Shown one piece after another: positions 24,001-38,639 of a DNA stretch of 64,000 bases; position 1 is the first letter of the stretch, and the number at the start of each line of letters is the position of its first letter. The notes below the pieces were generated by a model, which was not told the DNA's origin, made no database searches, and saw only the letters and a list, made by a program, of their open reading frames with translations. Source of the DNA: Cycas panzhihuaensis (Eukaryota; Plantae; Cycadophyta); NCBI GenBank assembly GCA_023213395.1, contig CM041465.1:168337741-168401740 (forward strand). The letters are read 5' to 3'. Position numbers and translations under genes: made by a program.

Positions 24001-26120
24001 ATTGCATTGCATTATAAGTAGGAAATTAAATCCTTATTTATGAATAAAGCATAGAAGTAAAGCATGAGAAGGGAATCATATTGTTGTGAGTCCTAAATTC
24101 ATGAGGGAAATATTATGATCATAGTTAGGGTTTTTTTATTATTTCCATTAAAAAGAATAGGTGTATAATTACAGATAGGTATGTGTTACATTCCCCTAGT
24201 TGACCATAGGTTTCCCAAAAACCTAAAACCATAGGTTAACTTTAATCCACATGTACACATCAAACTAGCCCTTAGTTTAGCCTCCCTTCCATAGGCTAAT
24301 ATGCAATGTTACCTTATATTTACACTTAAGAAGTGTACAGATGCCTTAGTTTGCATTATAGAATTCTCCTACCTTCATTGGGTCTCCATACCCTAGGCCT
24401 TTCTCATAAGTAAAAGGTTTAGTAGTCCATATCACCAACCTTTTGGAGTATTTCAAATGGTAAGATCAATAGCCTAGGGTTGTCATTATAGTTTAACCTC
24501 TTTAGTAAGTGGACCTTAAAGGCAGTGATGAGAAAGTTGGCTTAAGCTTAGCTTCATTAGTAGGCTTGATAGCCTTGAATAGAATTACCTACCAGTGGTA
24601 GGAAATGCTCAAGGATAAAGGTGACTAATTGATCTATCTTAGTGTTTTGTCTACATGGAATATGTTAGATTGTTATTATAAAAAATTGGGACAAGAGTGA
24701 CCTATCTTGGTTAGTGATAACATATACTTGAGGGTAATGGAATTGATAGACTTTGGTAAGTTAACATACCACTAACTAGGAACCATAGAGAAATAAGGCG
24801 GGATCATGGTGAAATTGTAATGCATTAGTCAAGGCCTCAATGGTATCAATGTACTAGGCTATATTACTAGTTGTTATAAGCAAATAAACTCTAAAGTGAA
24901 TCAAGATATGTCCTAGTTTTTTTCATATGGTCTAAGAAATAGTAGAAGGGTTAGGATTCCCATAATTATCCCCATCAAGATGGATGATTAATGCCATGGA
25001 GATAAGAAATAGCAACCTAGATATAAGTGGATGAATGAAGGGAATAGAGCGAGAATTGATCCATCTCACTAGGACTCAAGTTTATGTGCTCACTTTAACT
25101 ATAATAATAGGTCCAAATATGAACCTCATGAGCAATGCAATGTCATTATCATGGCAAGTTTTTATAGTTTATTTTCAATCCTCAAAATGTTGAGTAGGTA
25201 TTAATCATTATTAAGGCCATAATGAATCCAAACAACTAGGTTTGAAGGTTCTAAACAATCCATACATCTAAACCCAAACTCAAAACTATAGGTGGGAATG
25301 AAGTTGACACGACTTACCAAAATGCCAAGAAGATGGTAAGAGGTATATACACAAATTTATAATTCTCTTTATTTGGTTGTATGTATACATAAATATTTTT
25401 ATTTTCCTTAATATGAAAAGGTATCATGGTGATGAGCCAATTCATAGGAGACTAAGTAAACTAATATGTAATAACTTGTTTTAATAGAATGAAGACACAT
25501 AAAACTTGAGAAACTAATGACAAGAGTCAACCTTTAGGGAGAGCATGGGTAATTTACATGAATGGTCCTTGAGTGCTCTTATATAGGATATTAGTGAATG
25601 AAGGGCCTCTAGAAGGGCAACCATAATAAGTTGGGTCATCTATTATAATGAGAAATAAGTGAGACTATTATTAGGAAGCACATCATGACATAAAATTGCT
25701 AGGAACTTAGGCTATAGGCTATAAGAGTGACTTGCTTATAAAATAACTAGTCACACATGAAATCTCAAAAAAAGGTGGTGAGTACAAATGGCTTATGAAA
25801 GGCTAGTGCATAATAGTAAAAGATACTCAAAGACTGACTATTTAATGAAGGATTGCCTCTAAATAAACTTGGGCATTATAGGTACATATCTTTGCGTATA
25901 AGAAATAATGGTTAATAGTCCTTTTGAAAATAAATTTAGGGGGGAATGACCTACATGAGTTTTTTGGGTAAATGGAGCCTCGATGGGGCCCTAATTCACA
26001 ACTAAGTTAGGATAATTTAATATCTTAGTGATCCTAGATAAGCCAACATTGGACATGGTAGAAAATTCTCAAAATTTTATAGTTAATATCTTATTTTCTT
26101 AGTCTTACGATTGGTATTAT

Positions 26121-29100
26121 TATTTCACTATAACTATCCCTCTTAGCATAGTTAGGCCCATATCTTGGTTTGTTTTCTTAAGTCATTTAGTAGCTATGGT
26201 CTTTATTTATATAATAGATATCACTCAGTTAGTATGATTAGTTAATGGGTTAGTCTTAATTAATGGTCATAATTATTTCATGGTTTAGTCTTTTGTTTAA
26301 ATATGCTTAATTACTCATCATTTGATCTTAGGCCATGAAATTCCAATCGGATGATTAATTATGTGTGGTTATGATAAACTTTTCTTGCTAATGATTGATA
26401 CTATGATATATTTTAAAACTCTTTTCTAGTATAGTTTGCAAACTACTCCAAGTTTCCCTTTCTGGATAGTTTCTCATTCAATATTTATTAGTGTTTTGAT
26501 TAATTATGACCTTGTTTATACTACCTTTTAGTTTTTTTTTTTTTGTAGTGATCTACTTCTTATTAAAATTTCTACTAATTCTAGAGCCCCTAATAAGTCT
26601 TTTTTTCACATAATTGCCTTTCGTTTTTTTTTTTTCTAGCTTTTCTGACTTGTTGCATTTTTACAACATCAGAAATGTGACTTTATAAATAAAATGCAAC
26701 AATCATGTTTTAGTTATAAGTCACATTTTTTACTGTGATACTCATAAATTTTGAGGCAAACCACTAATTTCTCATTATTTTTATTATGGTACCTACTTAG
26801 ATTTAGAGTTTTGGTATTGCCTCACCTGCTTTGAATGACTTGTGATAATCTCACCTTCCTTTGTTATAATATTTGGTTGTTGGAAATCATCCAAAACATG
26901 GGTAGAAACCATAGGTTTTTACCTATCCTTCTCCCTCTATTTTCTATAAATCTCTATGCATTTTTAGAGGGAATAGGAGAGAGTCCTTGATATAATAAAG
27001 TTCTATCCAATTTTCATTAGCCCTTACTACTAGTATCTTATTACTGCTTAGAGGTAGATTAAAGCTCATTTTCTTAGGAGATTGAGAACTATACTATATG
27101 ATTTACAGGTCTACATTTACCTCAATTGTTATTTAGTTTTTAAACTCACTCTTCCACTTACCTACTAGGGTCTCCTTCCTACTATTCCAACTAGTCTTTT
27201 CTCTACATATCTCTATCTAACATCCTTTGCTATCAAATTTATCATTCTCATGATACTTGGAGCTTGATAGAAACTTGTTGGACATAAGCAAAGTGTTAAT
27301 CTAAGGTTCTCAACATTGATTTTTCTAAAATTGAATGTAACTCTTTTTGTGGATTAATTATTAGTTTTAGAAATTAGACTAGTTTGCTTTGAATTCATCT
27401 TTTAAAAAAAAGGAAAAACTCAAAAAAAAAAAAAGAATATCTTTTCATTGTTATTCTCTAAATTTCATTAAAGTTTAGTTATTCTTTCTAGTTGGTATAA
27501 GTGATTTAACCTAGAATTAAACTAGTTTTAATTCCCTAGCCTTTATCACATTATAAAAATCATAAAAATAAGTTATTTTTTAGTATTAAACTAGTTTTAA
27601 TCCTTGAGTATCAACTCCATAGGGCAAGTAGACTCATCTATTTCCTTCTTATTTTGATTCATAACTTGTAAAGGGTTTGGTCCCATCAAAGAGAGTTAGA
27701 GAAACCAAGCCACACCTTTGTGAGAAGGTGAATGGTAACTAGGAGTAGATCTTTCAAGTAAGGAGAGTGTCTCAACTCTATTCCATGGAGTTGTAGATAG
27801 TTGAAAGTAGTTGTTCACCATCAAAGTTCCTCAAGTGTAATACGAGTTCTATTAGGATTGTTATAAGATTGTAAGGTTTTATTTCAAATTCCTTTATTTA
27901 AAGGAATGCTTTTAATATACATGCTATTATCTATTTGGTTGATGTACTATGTTCCATAATGGGAGTGATTGAATGAGGTTAAGTCATTGCTCTTTAGCCT
28001 TATTACAAGGTGAGCATCTTTCTCTCTATTGCTTGTAATATTTTCTTTAGTCTTCAAGATTTTATAAACTAACAAAGAGAAAGAAAAAAAGAAAGGGAAA
28101 AGAAAGAGTATTCTCTTACATTGATTGGTTAGTTTAATGCTTGACTCTCTTCACTTATTTTGCTCATACAAGAAAAAAGAAAAGTTAAGAAATTGTTGAT
28201 TGGGTTTAGAATTAAGAGCTTGCAATTATATGGTTGATTATTTTTTTTTGTTCTTTTATTTACTATTAAATAAATCTAAAAGATTGAAAAGGGAAGTGAA
28301 AGAGTAATAATGAGGATAATCATAAGTATAATTGAAGATTTTAGACTCCTCTGTTGCCTATGTGCTTGATTTTCTCACTTTTAATTCATTTAATAAATAA
28401 ATAAATAAAAGGAATTACATTCATGTTTTACATGATTTAAGTGTTTAGTTGAATGCATGTTTGGTCATTGTTGTCTTCATTAAATTTAAAGTTGCATGCT
28501 AGATTTGCACATAGATTTGGTTTTACATTGTTTGGTCCCCCTAGGATAGGCTTTGTCTCTTTGTTGAAGATTTACTTGATCACATAAGACTTGGCTCCCC
28601 TAGTGTATAAGCATATCCTCTCTTAGAGATAAATACTTCTCTTAGTTAGGAGTTTTCTTATTGACCAGGACTTGACATCCCTACTTTATATGCTACTCCT
28701 TCTTTGAATTTACATTTTCTTCTAATCATGTTCTAAATGTAGAAGGAAGTGGCTTGCTATTTTCCTTTAGGTTAGGAGTGGTTCCTTTGTTCTTCCTTTA
28801 CCTCTAAGTATGGGAATTTATCAAAGTTAAATGCAAGCATCCTTGGGTTATTCATCCTCATGGATAGATCATTAGTGGATGAGGGAGTCCCCAATGATAA
28901 ACCCCTAATCGGGTCATTAATCTAGGGTGAGATTTATCCTAGGATCTCACACTCATCAATCCTTCCTATCTACAATTAGTATGACATAAATTAATCTTAT
29001 TTGGGTAGAAATAGAGGTCTTGGTTATAATATCATCCTTAGAAAGGCTTCTTGGGTAATAATATGGTAAACTTAAGATGTTTTTATTTCTAGGATAAGGA

Positions 29101-32100
29101 CCCATAATGGTTCCTCCACTTATTAGAAGGTTGTTTACAATTTCTGTGAAATAAAGGGGGCCTCTTATTTAATTTGTTTGATGTGCTTTTATTTGGATAG
29201 ATCTAGGTTTGAATCTAGTATATATACATGAGTTAGTTTAGGTTTTAAACTAGTTTAACTCTTTTATCCTTAATCAGGCATACAAGTAAATAGACCTCTT
29301 CTTAGAGATTAGTTGAAAGGTACACCCTTGAGTTTCATCACCTTTGGTTCACACTCTCATAGATTTAAGAGGTAATTGGCCCCAAGATGAGGAACCAATT
29401 CTAGTAGCTATACTAGGGAGTGGCCAAAGCTTCCTAGTTGTATGGGCTAGACCTACATCTTTCATATTTACTTAAGATGTCTTATAAGATATTTTTACTT
29501 AGTTAGCATTGCATATACGTCTTTATTTATTTAATTAGATAAAACCTATTATTCTCATTTAGGGTTCTTATCCTTTCCCTAAGCTTTCATTTTTAGAATT
29601 GTTTCTCCATTTCAATGGAGACCCCTTTTCATCATGCTTAGCTGAGGAGATAAAGGAGGTAATAAATCCTCCCTCCTCATGATTCTAAGTAGGACTACTA
29701 TAATGACTATGATACTTAAGAGGGTTATGTGCCTCATGAGGGATACCCTAGTCATGAGGGCTATGAGACACATGTGTACCCTCCATAAGGTTGTACTAAC
29801 TTGTATAAAGTTCTGATAGAGCAAGGTTATTCTAAATACCCCAAACCATATTTTGAGGATTCATCTTTGGTAGCCTCTACTTATATTTAGGAAGAGGCTC
29901 AAGTTGATCATGTTTCTCATCTTATTTCATAACCCTTTCTTAATAAGATCTATTCTCCTGTCTCCATCCTAGGGTACTAAGATTCTTTTTGTCAAGACAC
30001 TCATACCATAGCATTGCCTACTTATTCTTTCCTTAACTGGCATAAGGATCAATACAATCCTCCTCCTCAAGAGCATCTAACCCCTCATGTCAATCATCCT
30101 CATACATCTAGTGTTCTACCTTCTCCTTGTCCTTCTCATCCTCTCAACTCAAAGGCACCTCTTATTCCACCTAATAAAATAGGAGATACTAGACCAATTC
30201 ACTCTTAACTTCAAATACTAGTTAACATCATGTAGGGATGAGTCTAAGTTCCTCATGTACCCTCTATATTATATGATATCCCACTTGAGAGTTCTAATTA
30301 AGAATAATATTTTGCCTCAAGATATGCACATCAAGCATCTGCATCCTACCAATTCCATCATATAATACCTAGGAGAGGCCTATCTCTTATGTATAGGTCT
30401 AAGTTTCCTTATACCTATTTACAAGTCCCATCTACTAGTGAATCCATCCCTTCTCTTGGTAGCTTTCACCCTAATTAAGAGAATCCTCATCCTCTGCCTC
30501 ACCAAGTCCTAGGATATGATGTGAGGCCACCTCCCTTATATTCCTATAAAGGTTTGCACCATCTATTACTCCATACCCCACATATGATACTTATGTGGGA
30601 GTATAAGGCCCATTTGAAGGATCCAATTCTCATATTCCTCTTGACTACCACACATACCAATGATAGATTCTAAGACCTATTAGAGGACCTACACCTTCCT
30701 ATAGTCCTAGACCTATTTACCTATAACAATCCTATCCATGACATATAATTCCCCCTCTCTAATATATTCCTACATCCTAATAACATCCCATGCCTTAGAC
30801 AGAAATAAATCTTAATCCTATTGCATGGTTCACCCATTCTCATTCTCCACCTTCTTATCAACCACCCTATGACCAATACCCATATGGAACTTACACTTCC
30901 TACTAATAACCTCTTCCTCAACACTCTTCCATGTTGAGTTCTATGAGACTATTTGTCAACTATATGAGGTCCTCCTTACCATAAGATGTCCTTCTTTTAT
31001 CCATGCTTGTATTTGTTCATGGATTGCCTAATCTCTTTAGGGAACACTTATAAGATCTCATTAGGCATGTGTAATCTTTTGCACTTATATGTGTTGATTT
31101 CCTCTTGTATGACTACATCATGATGAGATTATTTCCTATATCACGTTAAGGCGATGCCTTGAAGTGGATCTATTGTTTCCCATCTACTTTTATTTTCATT
31201 TTGCAATAACTAATTGATGCTTTCATCAACTACTTTAATATTTCCAAGCCATTCAAAATTGCCATTAAGTCCCTCTTCTCTATCAAGAAAAATAATGATG
31301 AATTATCTGATGATTTTGTGAGTAGATCCTAATATTTAGTTCATGTTTATCAGTATTAGCTTGATTTAAGACTTTTATTTGATATTTTTACCAATGCTTT
31401 AAGACCTTATGTATACTTAGAGGTCCTTAAACTTGGTCCATAAACCTATGAGGAGTCCATTAAGAAATGCTTGGATCTTATAGATTTTAAGATTCAAGTA
31501 GGAATTAAGAAGATAGACAAACCTACTCTAGTGAAAGGCTCAACTTAAGGCCCCAAACCAAGTTAAGGTGATCATACATATGATTATCTTATATCTTCCA
31601 TTAGGGCCCTTGATCATACAAGCAACACCAAGTTACATATTAAAAATCTTCTTGCTTCTTAATAGAGCTAAAGATATATCAACATCCCCTTATTCCTTTA
31701 GAAAATAAAGCTTTGTGGTGTTCTTATCACTAAATTGATACTCATGATTGAGATGAGTGTCATATAGTTTAGACCATGGGTCATAAGAATCAAACTCCTA
31801 ATAATCCTGCATCCAAGCTAAACCAAGACCAATTAATTTATAAATACCTTTTTCCTTATCATAAGCTAAAAAACATAAAGGACAAATATAAAGGAAAGGC
31901 CAAATAAGATGATATGAGTGATAATGAGATCATGGGTTATGAACTAGGTAAGTAATATACCACCTCACCCAAGGGAGGTGGTAAATTGGCTAATAATAAA
32001 AATCAACCACATCCCAAAGGTGGTGATACTAAGAGAACATTCAATATGGTCAAGGTAATCAGGAACCTAAATATGCTTAAATCCTTTAAGGATTTATCAA

Positions 32101-35100
32101 TTAGAAACCTTAACTTCTTGCCTTTCATTCCACCTAAACTTATTTGTTTCAAGCTTGTTCCTTCTATTGCAAAGGATGGATCTTTCTCTATATTCGATGA
32201 GTTAAAGTCCATTCGTGTTGAGATTTTGGTTATGGACTTGTTAGGGAGTTGACCAGAGCAATGATAACTCCTACTTAATGCCTTGAGGGTCTCTTATCCT
32301 AACTCCCCAGCAAGTCTTACTCTCTCTTTTGATCCCTTCATAGTACCTACTAAAAAGAAAAGAAATTCTAATGATATCCCCCCATTCTACATTAAGATCT
32401 ATGAAATGTACATTGACATTTGATGTGCCATTATTGATGAAGGTTCATTGGTAAATGCAATCCATTTTTATTTAGTAGAAGATTTAGAGATTGTTGCTTA
32501 TGAACCTTATGAATGGATATGTCAAGGGTATGATAAGAACAAAAAGTGCCAATGGGGCAAGTCACTCTCCCTCTCACTTTGGAAGGGAAAGTAGTTATGG
32601 TCAATCTCATCATCATAGACTTAGACTTAGAATATAATATTCTCTTAGGAAGAGCTTAGATCAACCAAATATCTTTGGTTTACTCCTCACTCTTTGGTGA
32701 GATTAAATTTGTTCATGAGGGAGAGTTTAGTGAGCTTAAATTGGTTCATGACTGATATTTTCCCCTTAAGTGAAAGCACTTTGTCACATCAATCATGCAT
32801 GGAAACATTTCAAACCACTTTAAAACCTTTACCAATTCCTTACCCCATGGAAGAGACTTTGTCCCTCTGCTCTACAAGTTATCTATCCAATCCCACTCAC
32901 ATGGAACAAGGCCTAATTTATCATTCCACTTTATCATCACATTGGGCTAATGATGATAATGGTGTGTTGCAAGATAGTCCTCTCTTATCTTAATAAATAA
33001 CTTCATTAGATCCATCCTTTAACGAGCTAGATTTTATGTATATCCTTTACTTACATCATCTAAAATATTCATTAAACACTATTAAATTTATTATTAGACC
33101 TTCTTGATAGACATACTTACCTCAAACTACTTATTCCTCATCTAATGAAGTATCTTATCATGAGTCTCCTTTCTAGATCACTTGGTTTAATTGACATAGT
33201 GAGAAAGTTCTCATGCATAAGCATCCTAACCTTTCATCTCTAGAAGATGAGATGTCTTCTTTACATATCTCAGCTAGATCAAATCTAAAATATATGACAG
33301 AAATCAAAGAGATTAACATGATTACTACAACCTCTCTCCCAACTAAGGGGATCATTTAGGAAGATATTGTACCATCACTCATTTATGTATCCCCTTCTTC
33401 TAACCTTTCCCTAGTTGATGAGTCTAGCTTTCATTAGATTATATAGTCAAATTAGGAATTTTCTAATCAACTTGGTCCACTCTCTTATGTTCTCATGATT
33501 ATAGATATCTTTCTAAATCAAGACCATATCCTTCCTATAAGGGCAACTACCCTAGATTTGCCTCATCATTCTCATCCTGAAGGCTCTATCTTTAGAGACC
33601 TCATTCATCTTGATTATTTCAAGAATGAAGAAGTAATTCTAAATCATTTAGTTATAGCCTTACCTAATATCCCTCCCAATCAAAACAATATTAGTTTTAG
33701 TAAGCACTTATATCCTAGTTCACCTTTGGCTAGCTCAGATCAACCTTTACAAGATCCTCTAACTTTTACAAACACTATCCCCCTTTGCTTTAAGGAAGAG
33801 AATGCCATGATTGTTAGTTAAATAATAGATATTTATTTAGATATCATTGATAATCTAAGTATTATTAAAGTGGGAGTAGACTACTCCCTTGAAGAAGTAA
33901 AATGACTCAAGGAGTTCTTCTGAGAGTTTGCTTTAATCTTTACTTACAATTACAATGATATGTAGGGCCTTCACCCTAATGTTTTACTCTATAATATCAC
34001 CACGATCCTAGGAGCCAAGATCAAAAGGAAAACTTAAAGACCCATTCACCCTTGTTTGTCTATGGACATGAAGTAAAAAGATAAGAAACTTATGAACTTG
34101 GGCTTTATTAAAAGCATTGACTATTCATAATAGGTATCTAACATAGTCCTTGTTACTAAAAGGAATGGGTTAATTTGAATATTCATTGATTTTCATGACA
34201 TTAATAATACCTATCCAAAGGATAATTTCTCTCTCCCATTACTTGACCAAATTTAGGATTAGATTACTAATTTTAAAGTCATGTCCCTCATGAATGATTT
34301 TTTAGGATATAATTAGATTCTTATCTCATCCAAAAAAATATCACAAGATTGCCTTCATAACTCCATGGGGGATATTTACCTACAAGGTCATGTCATTTGA
34401 CCTAAAAATTTACCAAAGCCACTTATTAGTAGGCAATGGTACTTATCTTCTATGGTTAAATAAAAGTCATAATAGCCATTTTCCTAGATGACATGCTTTC
34501 CTTTTCTTATTATAGGAAATATTATGTTCAAGATTTGAGAACCATATTTGAATGATGTTATAAATATCATCTAGGCCTTAATCCAACCAAATATTTGTTT
34601 GTTGTCAATTCAGGTAAGATGTTAGGAAATATAGTTTCCAAAGATGGTATTAGGGTGGATCCTAAAAAGGTGAGGATCATCATTAAGATGCCTCCCCCAC
34701 AAAATCAAAATTAGTTTAAGTCATTTCTTAGTAAGTTAGGTTTTCTATGGCTATTTATTATAGACTTTACATTAAATGCTAAGCCTTTAACACACCTTCT
34801 TAAGAAAGGGGCTTCCTTAACATGAACTACAGTTGTTCAAAAGTCCTCTGAAAGATTAAAATAGGCTATGGTCTTGGCCCCTATGCTTGACCCTCCCCTT
34901 TTCAACAATCTCTTCATCATATATATGTCTTGGACAAGAGAATCCATTGAGGGCATGCTTGCTTAGGAAGATGAATTTAGGAGGGAGTGAGCCATTTACT
35001 TTATATGAAAAACATTTGTTGCTATTGAACCTAACTACTCTCCTTCAAATAAAGAATGCCTATCTTTAGTTTTTACCATCAAGAAGTTACATCATTACCT

Positions 35101-36700
35101 TTTTAGCAACACGACCTTTATCATTATCCAATTTGACCATATTCACTTTTTACTCACCAAGAGTGATCTTAATGGGTGACCAGGGAAATGGGTACTCCTA
35201 TTATATGAGTTTGAATTCCAAGTAGTTAACAAAAAATCTAAGGAAGGTATGGTATCCTTTGAGATAATGGAAAAATCAGCATTGCCAAATCTTGCTAATG
35301 AAACCATCAATGATAGGCTCCCTAATAAATAAATCCTTTAGGTAGATGTTGTTCCTATGAAGAAGTATGGTGTAAAGAGATCAAGTCTTATCTCTATAAC
35401 TAAATATTTTCTTCCTTCCTCTCTTCCAAGAAGAGGAAGTGAATCAGTATCACTACTCATCAATATCTACTCTTAGAGGGTGTCTTCTATAAGTGCTCCT
35501 TTAATAGATTTTTTTAAAGATGTATCTTATCTTTTAAGGATTAGACTACCTTGACAAAATGCCATGATGGCATATGTTAAGGCCATTTTAGTGGTCGCTC
35601 CATAGCCCAATGTATCCTTTGAATGGGGTACTATTGGCTGTCATTATTTAAGGATGCCTATGCATACATTCAAAAGTTCTAGAAATGTTAAGCACATGCC
35701 ACCTTAATTTCCTAATCTACCTAATCTCTAAAGTCTACTATTCCCCCGTAGCCCTTTTCCTAATAGGGCATTGACATCATTGGTCAAACCTACCCATCTT
35801 CTTCAAGTGTTCACAAGTTTATTTTAAATACTGTAAAATACATTACTAAGTGGATCAAAGTAGTATCATTAGTCTCTATAATTGAAAATATTATTGTTAC
35901 ATTTATCTTTTAGTATATTATTTATAGATTTAGGGTTCCTAACATTGTTATCACTAATAATGAAACTTTATTTTACAACTCTCAAGTAGCTGAGTTATGT
36001 GAGAAATTCCACATTACTTATTTCCTATCATCTCCTTATTATCCTTAAGCCAATGGTCAAGTTAAAGCCTTCAATAAAACATTAGCAAGAATCTTGACTA
36101 AGACTATGTCTAACTCTCACCAAGACTGGCATGTTCAGTTATTCCCTATATTATGGGCCTACTATATCTCTATTAGGAATGCAATTGGGATAATGCCATT
36201 ATCTTTAGTCTATAGAACTATGACTATTTTACCCCTCAAAGTAGAAATCCCATCTTTATACATGTCCTTGAAATACATTACTGATGAGGAATGCTAAAGA
36301 GAAGCATGTCTATTGAAGTTAGAAAAAATGGATGAAATACACTTGATTACTTTACAAAACAATCTTACCTATAAAACCAAAGCTTAAGTAGCTCATGATA
36401 GGTAATTAGGACCTCACAATTTTTATGTTGGTGATAAGGTGCTTAAGCTCAAATATCTTCATGATAAATAATGAAAGTTTACCCTCAAATAAGTAGGACC
36501 TTATCTTTTCATTAAATATCTTGAGAATGGTGTGTATCGTATCTTTACCCTTAATAACCTTAAACTTCAAAAGTTGGTTAATTCATAGTTTTTACAAAAA
36601 TTCTATACCTAATATTAAAGCACAAAACTCTATAATGAGTATAAACTATAACTTTGAGACCATTACCTTCAAATGAGCCTAAACTATGGTTGGCATATCT
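26121..36700 (+). mobile_element. Tat/Ogre-like Ty3/gypsy element lacking a direct-orientation 3' LTR
   Basis: The LTR start at 26121 (TATTTCACTATAA) is defined by homology to the PPT-adjacent inverted copy at 37025-36743. The gypsy domain order gag-PR-RT-RH-INT follows. Confidence 0.8.
29600..36612 (+). pseudogene. gypsy gag-pol (gag, CHHC knuckle, protease, RT, RNase H, integrase), degenerate
   Basis: gag MMRLFPISR*GDALKW (~31120); WCSYH*IDTHD*DEC (~31716); protease IIDEGSLVN and YNILLGR (32430-32650); RT VSNIVLVTK..PKDNFSLP and FLDDM (~34481); RH NYSPSNKECL; integrase MGYYW, GIDIIG, YYP*ANGQ and GPY. Start coordinate is approximate. Confidence 0.9.
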
Positions 36701-36742
36701 AATTCTTATTCAGATTCACGTCTTTATATGCCTTGATATGAC

Positions 36743-37025
36743 TAAATTACATCATAGTATTAGTCATTGACAAAAAAGGTTATCATAATCATATATAATC
36801 AGCCATCCAATTGACATTTATGACTTAAGATTAAATGATGAGTAATCAAGAATATCTAAGCAAAAGACTAGACTATGAAATGATCAAGTAAAAGTAATTC
36901 ATTAAGTAATCATACTAATTGAGTGATATCCATTGCACAAGCAGAGACCATAACTACTAAGTAACTTAAAAAAGAAACCAAGATATAAGCCTAATCATGC
37001 CAAAAGCATTGATTATGGTGAAACA
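36743..37025 (-). repeat. truncated LTR start, inverted homologue of 26121-26416, preceded by a PPT (37026-37036)
   Basis: The minus strand reads AAGGAGAGAAA|TGTTTCACCATAATC...TATCTTGGTTT...GATATCACTCA.TTAGTATGATTA...TTACTCATCATTT, colinear with 26121-26416. Confidence 0.85.
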
Positions 37026-37990
37026 TTTCTCTCCTTATCACTAGAAGCTCTTACTAGTGATAGAGAGTAAGATGGTGAATAGTGGTAACTCAATTTTTAG
37101 GTCTAAAATAAAGTTTATATTTGGGATGCCTTAGGTTTATATCCTAAGCTGACAAGATTGGATGATAAGTTTGTAATATGTGAAGTTGATAAGGAATGTT
37201 CAATTAAAATAGAATAAAAAATTCTTAAAGAATCCCTTTTCTTAGTTGCTTTCAAATTTGAAATTAATACTAGATTGCTCATCATATTAACATGCTTTGA
37301 GGGGGGGGGGGGGTTGTTGTATTTTAGCCTCTTTAGCACTTATATTTTAGAGGTGTGGCTACCATAGTTTAGCCTTATTAATAGTTCTTCAAAGGCATGG
37401 TCACCATAGTTTTACCTCATTAGTAACCATCTTACACCTTTTGAGTGAGTATGACTATGGGATCTCAGAGGGGTAGAGGACAAGGAGTAGGAGATGGTGT
37501 GGTAGCATGAGGTGGTCATGAAGTAGATGGTATTGCATTAGTGAAGAGAGAGGTTCCTCTTAGAATAACAAGGGATGATAATTAAGAATAAGTTGAGCTA
37601 ACTGCTAAGTAAGGAGTAGGTATTAATAAGGAAGAGGACAATTAAGTTATTATGAATGAACTTCAACTAGCCCCACAAAGAAGAGTAAACTACCCTCATT
37701 TGGTTCAACCATAGTCATCCCAAAAGGAGGTTATAATCGATATTGATATGAAGGATAATAATAATGGTAGTGAGGTTGGTTTTATCCTCAAGGATAAGAG
37801 AAAACGTGACTATACCAAGGGGTTCCCTTTTATCTCCATTAGATCCTTAACACTTCTATAATACTAGCTTAAGGGGACTTGATGCTGAGTTTCTTAAGAA
37901 TTTGAGCAGGCATGCCATTTACTAAGGTTCCACTGCCAACCATAATCCTTTTTTGTATGAACTTTAGGGTCTCTATGGTGATGGATAATG

Positions 37991-38561
37991 TGTTATATAA
38001 TGTGACAACAATGTTTTGGAGGCTAAAATTTTGATAGATTGGTAGTGCAGTTTCCCCTCCAAACTTCCTTAGGGAGATCTAAGGGGGGTAGGAGCATTGA
38101 AAAGCATACTAAATTATAAAGAGAATAAAGGTTGTTTATTTAAAATACTCCAAATTTGATGGTCAAGATTTGTGCCTTGAATAACTCTCTCATATAGCCT
38201 AGTTTAGGGTGTTTTTTATTATGTTGATAGTGTTCGATATATTAGATGTAATGTATTAAGTAGAGGCAATTGGTTGTTATTGCTATGAGAATTTTATAGT
38301 AAATTATATATATATTTATCTATTCTTGGATAATAAAGATTTATACCTTTCTTGTATAGATGTTTCCTTAGCATACTGATAGGGTTTCACCATATTATAT
38401 CAGGTGTATATATGATGCTTTGGATTTCTAATTCATTTATTATATTATCTCTAGCGTAAGAACTTATATATTAAATTTTAGTTTCAATTCCTATAACTAG
38501 TTACAAAATAGTTTAGATCTCGGTGACAGTTTCTAGTTATTGGGACCTTGTTTTCTCAAAA
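37991..38561 (+). repeat. 5' LTR (571 bp)
   Basis: Direct repeat of 42607-43262, missing an ~87-bp block. Confidence 0.93.
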
Positions 38562-38639
38562 AGTGGTATTAGATCCACTCTTATTTTTGTAGTGAGTTTA
38601 TGAAGGTTTTTGTGTCAACTTTTTCTACACCAAATAGTA

